Assembly (NCBI GenBank): GCA_016763075.1
Contig: JAESUM010000089.1
Coordinates: 1,757-65,756, forward strand
Length of the DNA stretch: 64,000 bases
From: Pseudomonadales bacterium
GTDB lineage: Bacteria > Pseudomonadota > Gammaproteobacteria > Pseudomonadales > JAHRWD01
Direction of reading: 5' to 3'
Shown: piece by piece, positions 45,499 through 58,562 of the stretch
Numbering within the stretch: the stretch's first letter is position 1
Layout of the letters: every line of letters starts with the position of its first letter
Made by a program: the position numbers and the translations under genes
The notes under the pieces: generated by a model
What the model was told of the DNA's origin: nothing
Seen by the model: only the letters and a program-made list of their open reading frames with translations
Database searches by the model: none

Positions 45499-46869
45499 TT
45501 ATTTACCAATACAAAATCCTGAAAAAACCACGTCTAATAAGTCTTCGTTACTGAAGCTACCGGTAATGACTTCGAGGCATTTTTGCGCCCCTCGAAGATC
45601 TTCTGCGAGTAGCTCGGCAGCGCCAATGACTGTCCATTGAGCTAACGCATTTTGTAATATTTGCTGGGTTTGCGCGAGCGATTCTAAGTGCCTACGGCGC
45701 GCGGTAAACGCGCTTTCACTGGTGTTGTTAAAGCCAACCACTTCTTTTAGGTATTGTTTTAGCTGATCAATTCCGAGGTTTTGTTTGGCTGAGATGCGAA
45801 TGACCGGTTTTTCTGGATCAGTAGTTGCTTTACCTGCTTGCGCACCGGTTAAGTCAATTTTGTTGATGAGCCGGATTATTGGTATGTTTTCAGGCAGCTG
45901 CTGACGATACTTCTGCTCTAATACTTGATGTTCTTGTTGTGTTGCATCTTCTAATAGCAGTACGCAATCGGCTGTTTCTAGGCGTTTGAGTGCTCTATTA
46001 ATGCCTTCTTGCTCAACAGCGTCTTTGGGGTCTCGTAAGCCGGCTGTGTCGATAAAATTGATCGGCAGACCGTCTATATTGATCTGCTCTTCAAGCAGGT
46101 CGCGGGTGGTGCCTGCAATATCGGTAACGATGGCTCGCGAGCTACCTGCTAGGCAATTCAGTAAGCTTGATTTGCCTGCATTGGGTTTGCCAATGATAAC
46201 GACTTGTATGCCGTCTTTTAGTAGTGAACCCTGTTTAGCTTGTTTTAAAGTGCTGTCGAGCTGGGTTTGAATAGACTTGATTCGTGGGCTTATTTTATCG
46301 TTGGCTAGTAGGTCTAAATCTTCATCAGGGAAATCAATGGAGGCCTCAAGGTAGCAGCGCAAATCTACCAGCTGCTCGATGAGTTCATCAATAAGGTTAG
46401 AGAAGACGCCCTGTAGTGAAGCAAGCGCGCTACGTGCAGCTTGCTGGGTGCTGCTGTCGATTAAATCTGCAATGGCTTCGGCTTGTGTAAGGTTTATTTT
46501 GTTGTTTAAAAAGGCTCTTTCAGAGAACTCGCCGGGGCGCGCCATTCGACAGCCAAGTTGTACGAGCTGTTGAACGATCATATCTAATACAACTGGTCCG
46601 CCATGGCCTTGTAGCTCAAGTACATCTTCGCCGGTGAATGAGCTTGGGCCTTCGAAATAAAGAGCTATACCTTCATCTAACACGTTTTTATGGGTGTCGT
46701 AGAACGAGCCGTAGCGTGATTTTCGCGGTTCAGGTAAAAAACCAAGAATAGTTTTTGCGATGGAGGAACTTGCTGGGCCAGATACACGTATGACTCCTAT
46801 ACCACCTCTACCAGGAGGTGTGGCAATGGCAACTATAGTGTCGGTATCAGAGTTTAGTAGGGTTTCCAC
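45499..46869 (-). CDS. mnmE: tRNA modification GTPase MnmE (TrmE)
   Basis: 456 aa with G1 GKPNAGKSSLLN and the C-terminal CIGK tetrapeptide. Confidence 0.96.
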   Translation of the reverse strand: METLLNSDTDTIVAIATPPGRGGIGVIRVSGPASSSIAKTILGFLPEPRKSRYGSFYDTHKNVLDEGIALYFEGPSSFTGEDVLELQGHGGPVVLDMIVQQLVQLGCRMARPGEFSERAFLNNKINLTQAEAIADLIDSSTQQAARSALASLQGVFSNLIDELIEQLVDLRCYLEASIDFPDEDLDLLANDKISPRIKSIQTQLDSTLKQAKQGSLLKDGIQVVIIGKPNAGKSSLLNCLAGSSRAIVTDIAGTTRDLLEEQINIDGLPINFIDTAGLRDPKDAVEQEGINRALKRLETADCVLLLEDATQQEHQVLEQKYRQQLPENIPIIRLINKIDLTGAQAGKATTDPEKPVIRISAKQNLGIDQLKQYLKEVVGFNNTSESAFTARRRHLESLAQTQQILQNALAQWTVIGAAELLAEDLRGAQKCLEVITGSFSNEDLLDVVFSGFCIGK

Positions 46870-46952
46870 GGGAACCTCAGGGTTAACTTATATGCTGCCA
46901 GAATTGGCTAAATTATAAGCTAGTTGTAGAAATGAGTAAGGGGATATAACAA

Positions 46953-47001
46953 ACCCGAATAACCGCCAGTGTTACTAAATTTAGCTGGCGGTTATTCGGG
47001 T
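46953..47001 (-). terminator. perfect 17-bp inverted repeat between yidC and mnmE (terminator or attenuator candidate)
   Basis: ACCCGAATAACCGCCAG (46953-46969) and CTGGCGGTTATTCGGGT (46985-47001) are exact reverse complements separated by a 15-nt loop. On the minus strand the stem is followed by TTGTTATAT. Confidence 0.5.
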
Positions 47002-47041
47002 CTTAATGTTGGTCAGGTTCACTAGACCAGACATTGCTTCG

Positions 47042-48739
47042 TTAATCTTCTTTTTCAATCTTACGTGTGATCACCCATTGTTGCGCAATAGACAGTAGGT
47101 TATTCATCAACCAGTACAGTACTAAACCAGATGGGAACCACATAAAGAAAAAGGTGAACATGATAGGCATCATCTTCATCATTTTGGCTTGAATAGGATC
47201 AGGTGGCGCTGGGTTCAACTGTTGTTGTATAAACATCGTAACACCCATCACTATCGGCAATATGAAGTATGGGTCCATTGCAGCAAGGTCAGTTAGCCAC
47301 AGGAAGTTAGCGTGACGTAGTTCGACGGCTTCGTTAAGTGTCCAATACAACGAGATGAATACTGGCATTTGAACCAAGATAGGCAAGCAACCACCCAGCG
47401 GGTTTACCTTTTCATCTTTGTAGAGCTGCATCGTGAGTTGTGACATTTTCTGACGATCATCAGAATGTCGTTCACGTATGTCGAGCATCTTAGGCTGCAA
47501 TTTACGCATTTTAGCCATCGATTTATAACTGGTGGCAGAGAGCTTAAAGAACGCAGCTTTTACGCATATGGTAAGCAAGATAATCGCTACACCCCAGTTG
47601 ACGACAATACCTTGAATAAAAGTAAGCAACCAAAACAACGGTTGAGCAATGAACCAAAGCCAGCCGTAATCAATGGTGAGTTCAAGGCCGGGAGATATTT
47701 TCTCCAACTGGCTTTGAATCTTAGGACCAACGTAGAAAGCGGCGCCGGTTGAAGCGCTAGCTCCAGCGGGAACGGTTAATACAGGGTCAGTAAAACCGAT
47801 GATGTATTGGTTACTGCCATTCACTTTACGGGTTTGGTAAAGGTGAGAGCTTTCTGCTGAGGGAATCCAAGCACTAATAAAGTAGTGTTGGATCATAGAG
47901 ATCCAGCCACCCGTAATATTTTGTTTAAAGGTTTGTTCTTCGATATCGTCGAAATCGAGCTTTGTGTACGGTTTGTCTGGGGTGTACAGGGCTGTGCCAA
48001 GATACGCTTGTGCACCAAAGCTTGATCCGGCTCCGGGGTCGTCGCTGTCATCGCGCTTTATTTGCGCAAAAAAGTTACCCAACCAAGCCGTATTGCTGCG
48101 GTTATTAATGGTGTATTTAACATCAACAAGGTAACTGTTGCGGGTGAAGATAAACTCTTTGGTTATTTCAACGCCAGCAGCGTCGATATGTGAGAGTGTT
48201 ACTTTTAGTTGGTCATCGCCTTCTTCTAGTGAGTAGTCGCTAAAGGGAGCGTTATAGAGCGGCCGACCACCGGCTTGAGCATCAGGGCCATTGGGTCCAA
48301 TCAAACCACTTTGTGCGATATACACGCGCATATTGTTGTTTTCTAACAGTGTTAGCGGTACATCAGGCGTTTCTACGTGGACAGCATATTTGGGTAGCGA
48401 CACATTGATAATGTCACCGCCAACCAGGTCTATGGTGAAGTTAAGCGTATCGCTGTGTATTTCGACGTATTGAGAGGTTGCAGTATTTTCCATGGTGGAA
48501 ATAACCGCTTCTTCAACACCAGGCACGATCGCTGGAATATCAGTATTGCTGTTGGCTTGGTTAACCGCCAAGTTTGAAAATTCCGAAGTAGGAATGGCAG
48601 GTGCGCTGGAAACGTTTTGATGAACAATTTGAGGTCCATTCAAATAAGCGGGTTTATTGTAATCTTCATTCCAGGCGAGAATAAGAAAATATGCGCTGAG
48701 GCCAAGGGCACTCAGTAGAACGAGTCGTTGAATATCCAT
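47042..48739 (-). CDS. yidC: membrane protein insertase YidC
   Basis: 565 aa with an N-terminal TM, a large periplasmic domain, and a conserved C-terminal 5-TM core (GGCLPILVQMPVFISLY). Confidence 0.96.
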   Translation of the reverse strand: MDIQRLVLLSALGLSAYFLILAWNEDYNKPAYLNGPQIVHQNVSSAPAIPTSEFSNLAVNQANSNTDIPAIVPGVEEAVISTMENTATSQYVEIHSDTLNFTIDLVGGDIINVSLPKYAVHVETPDVPLTLLENNNMRVYIAQSGLIGPNGPDAQAGGRPLYNAPFSDYSLEEGDDQLKVTLSHIDAAGVEITKEFIFTRNSYLVDVKYTINNRSNTAWLGNFFAQIKRDDSDDPGAGSSFGAQAYLGTALYTPDKPYTKLDFDDIEEQTFKQNITGGWISMIQHYFISAWIPSAESSHLYQTRKVNGSNQYIIGFTDPVLTVPAGASASTGAAFYVGPKIQSQLEKISPGLELTIDYGWLWFIAQPLFWLLTFIQGIVVNWGVAIILLTICVKAAFFKLSATSYKSMAKMRKLQPKMLDIRERHSDDRQKMSQLTMQLYKDEKVNPLGGCLPILVQMPVFISLYWTLNEAVELRHANFLWLTDLAAMDPYFILPIVMGVTMFIQQQLNPAPPDPIQAKMMKMMPIMFTFFFMWFPSGLVLYWLMNNLLSIAQQWVITRKIEKED

Positions 48740-48742
48740 GAA

Positions 48743-48991
48743 TTATCGAGAGTCAGCAGAAGATTTTTGTTTAATTGAAGGAGGCACCGGATCGTAACCA
48801 CCACAGTGGAACGGGTTGCACTTCAAAAGACGCTTGATTGAAAGAAATAGAGCAGCAAAGAAATGATGGTCCTGAAATGAAGTCATTGCATATTCAGAGC
48901 AGGACGGATGAAAACGACAGCGAGGAGCGAGCATAGGGCTAATAAAGTAGCGATAGCCTTTGATCAACTGGATTGCGGTGGTTTTCATCAT
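48743..48991 (-). CDS. yidD: membrane protein insertion efficiency factor YidD
   Basis: 82 aa with CRFHPSCSEYA and the CNPFHCGGYDPVP motif. Confidence 0.85.
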   Translation of the reverse strand: MMKTTAIQLIKGYRYFISPMLAPRCRFHPSCSEYAMTSFQDHHFFAALFLSIKRLLKCNPFHCGGYDPVPPSIKQKSSADSR

Positions 48992-49013
48992 GTTTCAGTG
49001 ATGTTTGTAAAAA

Positions 49014-49397
49014 TTAAGTACGGTCGGCGGGACAGTCTGCATCACTACTAATGTCTATCAAACGGTCAAATAATGCACCAATTTGCATAGATAAGTGATT
49101 GTCTTCCGGGGTCTTAGGGTCATTGCGAACTAGAGCAATGACATCCAAGTGCTGAAGGTTGGTTTGCCGAGCTCGAAAGCTCTCTCGTAACCGACGTTTC
49201 ACTCTGTTTCGATCTACAGCACGGTTGAGTTTCTTCTTACCGACTATCAGACCTAAACGAGAGTGATCTTCTTGATTCTTACGCGCCAACAACAGCAAAA
49301 ACCGGTTGGATACTTTGAAATCGGTTTGTTTGAACACCTTATCAAAGTCAGCTGCGCTATTTAGACGACTATTTCGAGGAAACTCGAAAGAAGTCAT
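49014..49397 (-). CDS. rnpA: ribonuclease P protein component
   Basis: 127 aa with the RNR motif AVDRNRVKRRLRE. Confidence 0.9.
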   Translation of the reverse strand: MTSFEFPRNSRLNSAADFDKVFKQTDFKVSNRFLLLLARKNQEDHSRLGLIVGKKKLNRAVDRNRVKRRLRESFRARQTNLQHLDVIALVRNDPKTPEDNHLSMQIGALFDRLIDISSDADCPADRT

Positions 49398-49403
49398 AAA
49401 TGG

Positions 49404-49538
49404 TTAACAACCTAAACGAGTACGACCTTTAGCGCGGCGACGCTGAATAAGTTTGCGGCCATTAGCGGTCGCCATACGAGAGCGAAAACCGTGGGTGCGC
49501 TTACGCTTTATAACACTAGGCTGAAATGTACGTTTCAT
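49404..49538 (-). CDS. rpmH: 50S ribosomal protein L34
   Basis: Not in the ORF track because it is under 60 aa. My manual translation of the minus strand gives [44 protein letters not shown]. Confidence 0.95.
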   Translation of the reverse strand: MKRTFQPSVIKRKRTHGFRSRMATANGRKLIQRRRAKGRTRLGC

Positions 49539-49684
49539 ATTCGAATTTCCAGTTGATCATTAATTCTAAACTATAGGTAGATAAGCGCCGTTTACAGGTC
49601 GTTTTTCTGAGAACTCGCCATTCTAATTAGATTTTAGCCTTAGTTCAAGCACCTTTGAAGTTAAGCTTAATTTGGCTTGAGAAG

Positions 49685-49693
49685 TTATCCACA
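49685..49693 (+). promoter_or_regulatory. DnaA box, perfect consensus TTATCCACA
   Basis: Exact 9/9 match in the rpmH-dnaA spacer, about 265 bp upstream of the dnaA start. Confidence 0.7.
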
Positions 49694-49695
49694 GG

Positions 49696-49704
49696 TTACT
49701 CACA
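49696..49704 (+). promoter_or_regulatory. DnaA box-like (TTACTCACA)
   Basis: One mismatch to the consensus, 2 bp after the perfect box and in the same orientation. Confidence 0.5.
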
Positions 49705-49956
49705 TAGTGTTATTTTCCATCGGATTAGTTTTTTTTATTTATGCTGGTTTGGTTTGATAATAAAGTTACTAACCTACTGAATTAAAACAATATTTAACCA
49801 TATATTAGGTTGGTAATTAGGATGGCGTATGTAGGTTTTTACCGCTAAACTGTCCCGAAAAATAATGCCACGTGCAACATATAAGTTTTGTCAGCCACTG
49901 TTTGGTGATTTCTTTTGGTTGTTGCTAAAGCGTGGCGAGTCTTGGGGAAATACTGA

Positions 49957-51423
49957 GTGAGTTTGTCGTATTGGAGCAGGTGTTCAAGTTCGTTGCAGGA
50001 AGAGTTATCCGCGCAGCAATTTAACACTTGGATCCGTCCATTGCAGGTTGAGGAGAGTGAAGCCGAGTTACGTCTGCTTGCTCCGAACCGATTTGTGCTG
50101 GATTGGGTTAGAGAAAAATTCCTAGACCGAATCAATGAATTGCTCGATGAGCAAGATCACGGTAATGCTGCGGGTGCTACCCCAAACGTCTGCTTAGAAG
50201 TGGGTTCTAGAATGTCTGCTGGGGCTGGAACAGCATCTTCTTCGTCAAGACAACAATCCGCACCAAATTCCATACCTAACCGGGTATCGACAGCCAGCAC
50301 TTATATGGGTGCTGCGAGTCTTGTAAAATCACCGAGTGCTCGCAGAGGCAATACTAGCAGTCATACAGCCGGTTCTAGCAGTGCTCAAGCGCAGACGGAC
50401 CATAAATCGAATTTAAGCCCAAACTTCACATTTGATACTTATGTTGAAGGTAAGTCTAACCAAATGGGTAGGGCTGCTGCGCTACAGGTGGCTGAAAACT
50501 CCGGTGGGGCGTTTAATCCGCTTTATATCTATGGTGGTGTGGGGTTAGGTAAGACTCATTTAATGCACGCTGTCGGTAACGCTATCGTTCAAAGTACCCC
50601 TGGCGCGAAAGTCGTGTTTTTGTCGTCAGAGCGTTTTGTAGCCGATATGGTCCGTGCTATTCGTACCAACGAAGTCGATGCGTTTAAAAAATACTACCGG
50701 ACGGTCGATGCGTTGCTTATTGACGATATTCAATTTTTTGCCGGTAAAGAACGTACCCAGGAAGAATTTTTCCATACCTTTAACAGTCTTTTTGAAACCG
50801 GCAAGCAAGTCATCATGACCTGCGACCGGTATCCAAAAGAGATCACTGGAATGGAAGAGCGGTTGAAGTCACGCTTTGGTTGGGGTTTAACGGTCTTTAT
50901 TGAACCGCCTGATCTTGAAACCAGAGTAGCCATTCTTAAGAAAAAATCTGAACAGATAGGGTTGGCCTTACCCAATGACGCCGCCTTCTTTATTGCTCAG
51001 ATGATTCAGTCTAATGTGCGCGAGCTTGAAGGCTCGCTAAAACGAGTGGTCGCGAGTGCTCGCTTTACTAATCGCCCGATAACGATTGATCTGGTTCGCG
51101 AATCCCTTAAGGATTTGGTGTCCTTGCAAGACCGGCAAGTGAATATAGATAATATTCAGAAGATGGTCGCAGAATATTACAAAATTAAGATTGCTGACTT
51201 AAAATCTAAGAAACGCACACGTTCTATCGCTAGGCCGCGTCAAATGGCGATGGCGTTAGCGAAAGAATTAACCAATCGTAGCCTTCCAGAAATTGGCGAG
51301 GCTTTTGGAGGGCGTGATCACACCACGGTTCTGCATGCATGCCGTAAGATAAAAGAACTTAGAGAAAGCACCACGGATATTGCCGAAGACCATAAAAACC
51401 TGAAAAGATTACTAACCGCCTAA
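49957..51423 (+). CDS. dnaA: chromosomal replication initiator protein DnaA
   Basis: 488 aa with a GTG start. Contains N-terminal [17 protein letters not shown]+ Walker [14 protein letters not shown], and the C-terminal DNA-binding helix [11 protein letters not shown]. Confidence 0.97.
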   Translation: MSLSYWSRCSSSLQEELSAQQFNTWIRPLQVEESEAELRLLAPNRFVLDWVREKFLDRINELLDEQDHGNAAGATPNVCLEVGSRMSAGAGTASSSSRQQSAPNSIPNRVSTASTYMGAASLVKSPSARRGNTSSHTAGSSSAQAQTDHKSNLSPNFTFDTYVEGKSNQMGRAAALQVAENSGGAFNPLYIYGGVGLGKTHLMHAVGNAIVQSTPGAKVVFLSSERFVADMVRAIRTNEVDAFKKYYRTVDALLIDDIQFFAGKERTQEEFFHTFNSLFETGKQVIMTCDRYPKEITGMEERLKSRFGWGLTVFIEPPDLETRVAILKKKSEQIGLALPNDAAFFIAQMIQSNVRELEGSLKRVVASARFTNRPITIDLVRESLKDLVSLQDRQVNIDNIQKMVAEYYKIKIADLKSKKRTRSIARPRQMAMALAKELTNRSLPEIGEAFGGRDHTTVLHACRKIKELRESTTDIAEDHKNLKRLLTA

Positions 51424-51463
51424 TTTTTGTACCCCTACAAAATAGAGAGTTTGGAACCATAGA

Positions 51464-52573
51464 ATGGAATGTATTATTTCGAAAGAAGCTTTACTTCAAC
51501 CCCTTCAATTAGTGACCGGGGTAGTTGAAAGACGACAAACACTACCGATTTTGTCGAACGCCCTAATTGTTGTTTCGGAAGATAAATTATCTATTACGGG
51601 TACTGATTTAGAGGTTGAGCTCGTTGCTTGGGGTACTCCGCAATCGGTCGTAACGACTGGTGCGGTTACCACGCCAGCAAGAAAGTTGATGGATATTTGC
51701 CGTTCCCTACCTGATGAAGCGGTTATTCAGCTCAAGTTGGAAGAAAATAGGTTGTTGGTTAAATCTGGCCGAAGTCGGTACCGGTTGTCGTTATTGCCTG
51801 TTGATGATTTCCCGCAGACCGAGCAAAAGTCATCGGATATCGAATTTCCGCTGGCGCAATCAGCGTTGAAAAACCTTATTGATTCAATCAGCTTCGCAAT
51901 GGCGCAACAAGACGTGCGGTTTTACCTCAATGGGTTGTTGATGGAAGTAGGTGAAAACCGAATTCGTACGGTCGCAACTGATGGTCATAGGCTGGCATTG
52001 TGTAACGGTGAACTTGTCGAAGGCGATGTTTCAGGCCCTATCACTCAAGTTATTATTCCAAGAAAAGGCGCGGTTGAGCTTTCAAGATTGCTTAACGATT
52101 CTGATGCTGTTGCCAACGTTACTATGGGCGCTAACTTTGTTCGCGTAGGTACCGATGACTTTTTGTTCTCATCTAAATTGGTTGACGGGAAATTCCCTGA
52201 TTACCAAAACGTTATCCCAACCGGTGGTGATAAAGAGCTCATAGCGGAGCGGCGCTTGCTCAAAGACTCGTTTGTTCGTGCGTCTATTCTCTCTAGTGAT
52301 AAGTTTCACGGGGTGCGGTTGTACCTTAGTGACCAACTACTCAAGCTGAAGGCCAACAACCCCGAGCAAGAAGAAGCAGAAGAAGATATCGAAGTGGATT
52401 ATTCTGGCGACGCTGTTGAGATTGGGTTTAACGTAACCTATATGATTGACGTCATGAATACGCTCTCAAGCGATAAAATCCGTATTACGTTATCCGGCCC
52501 TGATAATGGCGTAATTATAGAGCGTGAGGATAACCCTGATGCCCTATACGTTGTGATGCCAATGAAAATCTGA
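51464..52573 (+). CDS. dnaN: DNA polymerase III beta sliding clamp
   Basis: 369 aa. LLQPLQLVTGVVERRQTLPILSN and the C-terminal ...YVVMPMKI are typical of the beta clamp. Confidence 0.95.
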   Translation: MECIISKEALLQPLQLVTGVVERRQTLPILSNALIVVSEDKLSITGTDLEVELVAWGTPQSVVTTGAVTTPARKLMDICRSLPDEAVIQLKLEENRLLVKSGRSRYRLSLLPVDDFPQTEQKSSDIEFPLAQSALKNLIDSISFAMAQQDVRFYLNGLLMEVGENRIRTVATDGHRLALCNGELVEGDVSGPITQVIIPRKGAVELSRLLNDSDAVANVTMGANFVRVGTDDFLFSSKLVDGKFPDYQNVIPTGGDKELIAERRLLKDSFVRASILSSDKFHGVRLYLSDQLLKLKANNPEQEEAEEDIEVDYSGDAVEIGFNVTYMIDVMNTLSSDKIRITLSGPDNGVIIEREDNPDALYVVMPMKI

Positions 52574-52730
52574 CTATTTACTGCCGCATGAAGAAAGCTC
52601 TAAGCAGCATTCTTTCGCGTCGCTGTCATTTCGATCCATTCAATAAAGCCTGCTTCGCAGTCTAACCCCCGTGGATTCAACGGGTTAATTAGCCTTTGTT
52701 TGGATATTTTGTGTATCTATCTGGTTTAGT

Positions 52731-56337
<3,607 letters not shown>

Positions 56338-56508
56338 ATAAAGGTAAGGTAACCACTACACCGCTGTAAACAGCTAAAGGTAGCCGGCAGATTTTTTTAG
56401 GGGTTATATAGCAACCGTAAAGGCCGGCTTGAGAGTTAGTGCTTAGCTGCTAAGCTGCTAAGGTGTAACTCAAAATGTATTGCCAACCATAAATGTAAAC
56501 ACGCGCTG

Positions 56509-56518
56509 CTAGCTAGCT
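56509..56518 (+). repeat. 10-bp direct repeat copy 1 (CTAGCTAGCT)
   Basis: Identical 10-mer recurs at 57700-57709. This copy lies 34 nt beyond the stop of the orphan membrane gene. Confidence 0.4.
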
Positions 56519-56551
56519 TCTCAATACTCAGCCCAAAAATATGGGTTCGAA

Positions 56552-57529
56552 TTATCCACCACCGGTCTTCAGAACCCCATCCAAGCCTATTTCAACAAAG
56601 GCGGCCCCTAACCAAGCCAATGGCGGAATTACGATGTATAGCAACAAGCGCGATACAACGGATACATCTAACGGCCAAGTTGATAAACTTTTAAGCCGAT
56701 CTCTTCTTTGCAGTAGCTGCTCTAGTTGTTGAATACGCTCGCCCGATAGCGCTTTTGATGCGTTTCGAATCAGAACGTTTACCGCTTCGATTTCAGTTTG
56801 TTTCTGATCACGAAGTCGTAAGTGGAGGGAATACATTGGCGTAATCATTAGCACGACGATTGCCGGTAAACATACAACCACCGCGAGTAAATAATTGTCG
56901 TATCTGAACTGTGCATCGAGGGCCTGCAATACGCTAAGCGTAAGCCCAACCAATACGATCAGTGCATCCGTTAAGCCTGTTTGGGCGAATATTTTAAGTT
57001 TCGATGTTTCAAATAAATTAAATGTGACCAGCTTTCCTGCTCGGTGAAACAGTAATGACGAGCGCAGCCGTGCGCCCAAGATTAGCCCTACAACACTCCA
57101 AAGATGGAGCTGGCCTATCGCTATTGCGATGATGACCGGCCCTGCTGCAGTGATCTCTGAAGGTTGCCCGGGTAGGTTTAAAAGCGAGTAGCTAAGCCCC
57201 AGCAATGTTCCGCCAAAAACAAAACCCACCGAAAGGTCCTGAGATATACCCGCATAGTTTGGAAGCGACGGCGCTTGAAGTTGGCTCAACAGCGAAAACG
57301 TACGCCGTTGTGCGCGCACGTAACTCGATAAAAGGAAGCTAGGTAGGATCACTAGCATTGCGATTGTGCCGATAAGCTGGCGTTTGGAACTGAAGAACCC
57401 AGGCAGGTTACCTGCACTAAATGCGCCTGCGCTCCCGTACCAGAGCAACAAAAATACAAAGGTGCCAACGAAAATAAAAGAGGCAGAATATCTCGCTTCG
57501 TAGACTACCCAGTTACGTATATTAAGCAT
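56552..57529 (-). CDS. hypothetical multi-pass membrane protein (about 7 predicted TM helices plus one amphipathic or charged helix)
   Basis: 325-aa ORF. Hydrophobic segments are spread through the sequence, and a charged segment (RLRDQKQTEIEAV...QQLEQLLQRRDRLKSL) precedes the last TM. I recognise no family motif. Confidence 0.6.
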   Translation of the reverse strand: MLNIRNWVVYEARYSASFIFVGTFVFLLLWYGSAGAFSAGNLPGFFSSKRQLIGTIAMLVILPSFLLSSYVRAQRRTFSLLSQLQAPSLPNYAGISQDLSVGFVFGGTLLGLSYSLLNLPGQPSEITAAGPVIIAIAIGQLHLWSVVGLILGARLRSSLLFHRAGKLVTFNLFETSKLKIFAQTGLTDALIVLVGLTLSVLQALDAQFRYDNYLLAVVVCLPAIVVLMITPMYSLHLRLRDQKQTEIEAVNVLIRNASKALSGERIQQLEQLLQRRDRLKSLSTWPLDVSVVSRLLLYIVIPPLAWLGAAFVEIGLDGVLKTGGG

Positions 57530-57699
57530 GCTCGCGGGTTACTCACGATAATAATAAGGAGTAAGTAGCGTACCAAGCTTCGATGAGCGCGGCTATCATA
57601 AGCGCCGGCGGTAGCTTGATGGGCCCGAACTAAAGAAGATTTGCGTAGCGGGACTACGCTGCCTAACAGTGGGGTGACCTTTTAGCTACGTTGATGAGA

Positions 57700-57709
57700 C
57701 TAGCTAGCT
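57700..57709 (+). repeat. 10-bp direct repeat copy 2 (CTAGCTAGCT)
   Basis: Identical to 56509-56518. It lies 171 nt upstream of the membrane gene start. Confidence 0.4.
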
Positions 57710-57778
57710 GAAGTTGCAACGAAAGGCTCGCGCGTTGTAGGAGAAGGGGGTAGACCAGGCATGGGAGTGTTGGTATAG

Positions 57779-58522
57779 CTAGTCCTGCGTATCTGAAGCC
57801 GCAACGTCAGAAGCGGTGCCTTGAAGCTCATTGGTTGCTTGTTGAACCCACAGCTCCAGCTTTTGGTTGAGCTCTCTTGCGGTCATCTCTTCGGGGTGCA
57901 TAACGGGGCCAACAATAAAGCGGATATTACCTGGCGTTTTAGCCAGGGCTTTGGCGGGCCAATATTTACCGGCATTGTGAGCAAAAGGCAGTATCGGTGC
58001 TTTTGCTGCTACCGCAAGGTTGGCGGCACCGCGGTTAAAACGCCCAAGTTTACCTACGCTTTGGCGAGTGCCTTCAGGGAAAATTAACACCGAAAAGCCA
58101 GACTCAATGTGCTCTTTGCCTTCTTTAAGTACTTGTTTGGCAGCGCCTCTGCCATCTTCTCGGTTAATTGCGATGGGGTTCATCATTGCCATTGCCCAGC
58201 CAAAAAACGGAATCTTCAATAGCTCTTTTTTTAGGACTGTTGAGACTGGCGAGATGAAGAATTGTAGGTATATGGTTTCCCAGGGGCTTTGGTGGTTACC
58301 CGCTAAAACGAACGTGCCCTTAGGGATATCGCCTTCAACCGTGTGGGTGACACCACAGGTTACTTTTAGCCACCAAAGAACCGTACGGCACCATAATGCA
58401 ATGTAGTCGTTACGAAGCTTAGGCGGCAAGCAAACGGCTATCAATAGCCCAAGGGAGCCCTGCAATATGGTGAAGATGCTATAACCGAAATAGAAAATAA
58501 CGGCGCGTATATTAGACAACAT
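57779..58522 (-). CDS. plsC: 1-acyl-sn-glycerol-3-phosphate acyltransferase family protein
   Basis: 247 aa with acyltransferase motif I (AGNHQSPWE) and motif III (FPEGTR). Confidence 0.85.
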   Translation of the reverse strand: MLSNIRAVIFYFGYSIFTILQGSLGLLIAVCLPPKLRNDYIALWCRTVLWWLKVTCGVTHTVEGDIPKGTFVLAGNHQSPWETIYLQFFISPVSTVLKKELLKIPFFGWAMAMMNPIAINREDGRGAAKQVLKEGKEHIESGFSVLIFPEGTRQSVGKLGRFNRGAANLAVAAKAPILPFAHNAGKYWPAKALAKTPGNIRFIVGPVMHPEEMTARELNQKLELWVQQATNELQGTASDVAASDTQD

Positions 58523-58562
58523 AAAGGTTTTGGAATCCCGTGGGGTGAATGAGAATCAGCCG

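Noticed and set aside
49864-49879. CACGTG-centred 16-mer AATGCCACGTGCAACA in the dnaA upstream spacer
   Set aside because: Only 11/16 positions match parS, and the left half-site is absent.
56552-56560. Isolated DnaA-box-like 9-mer TTATCCACC (and GGTGGATAA at 3369-3377 inside pheT)
   Set aside because: These are single one-mismatch hits inside coding sequence with no clustering, as expected by chance.
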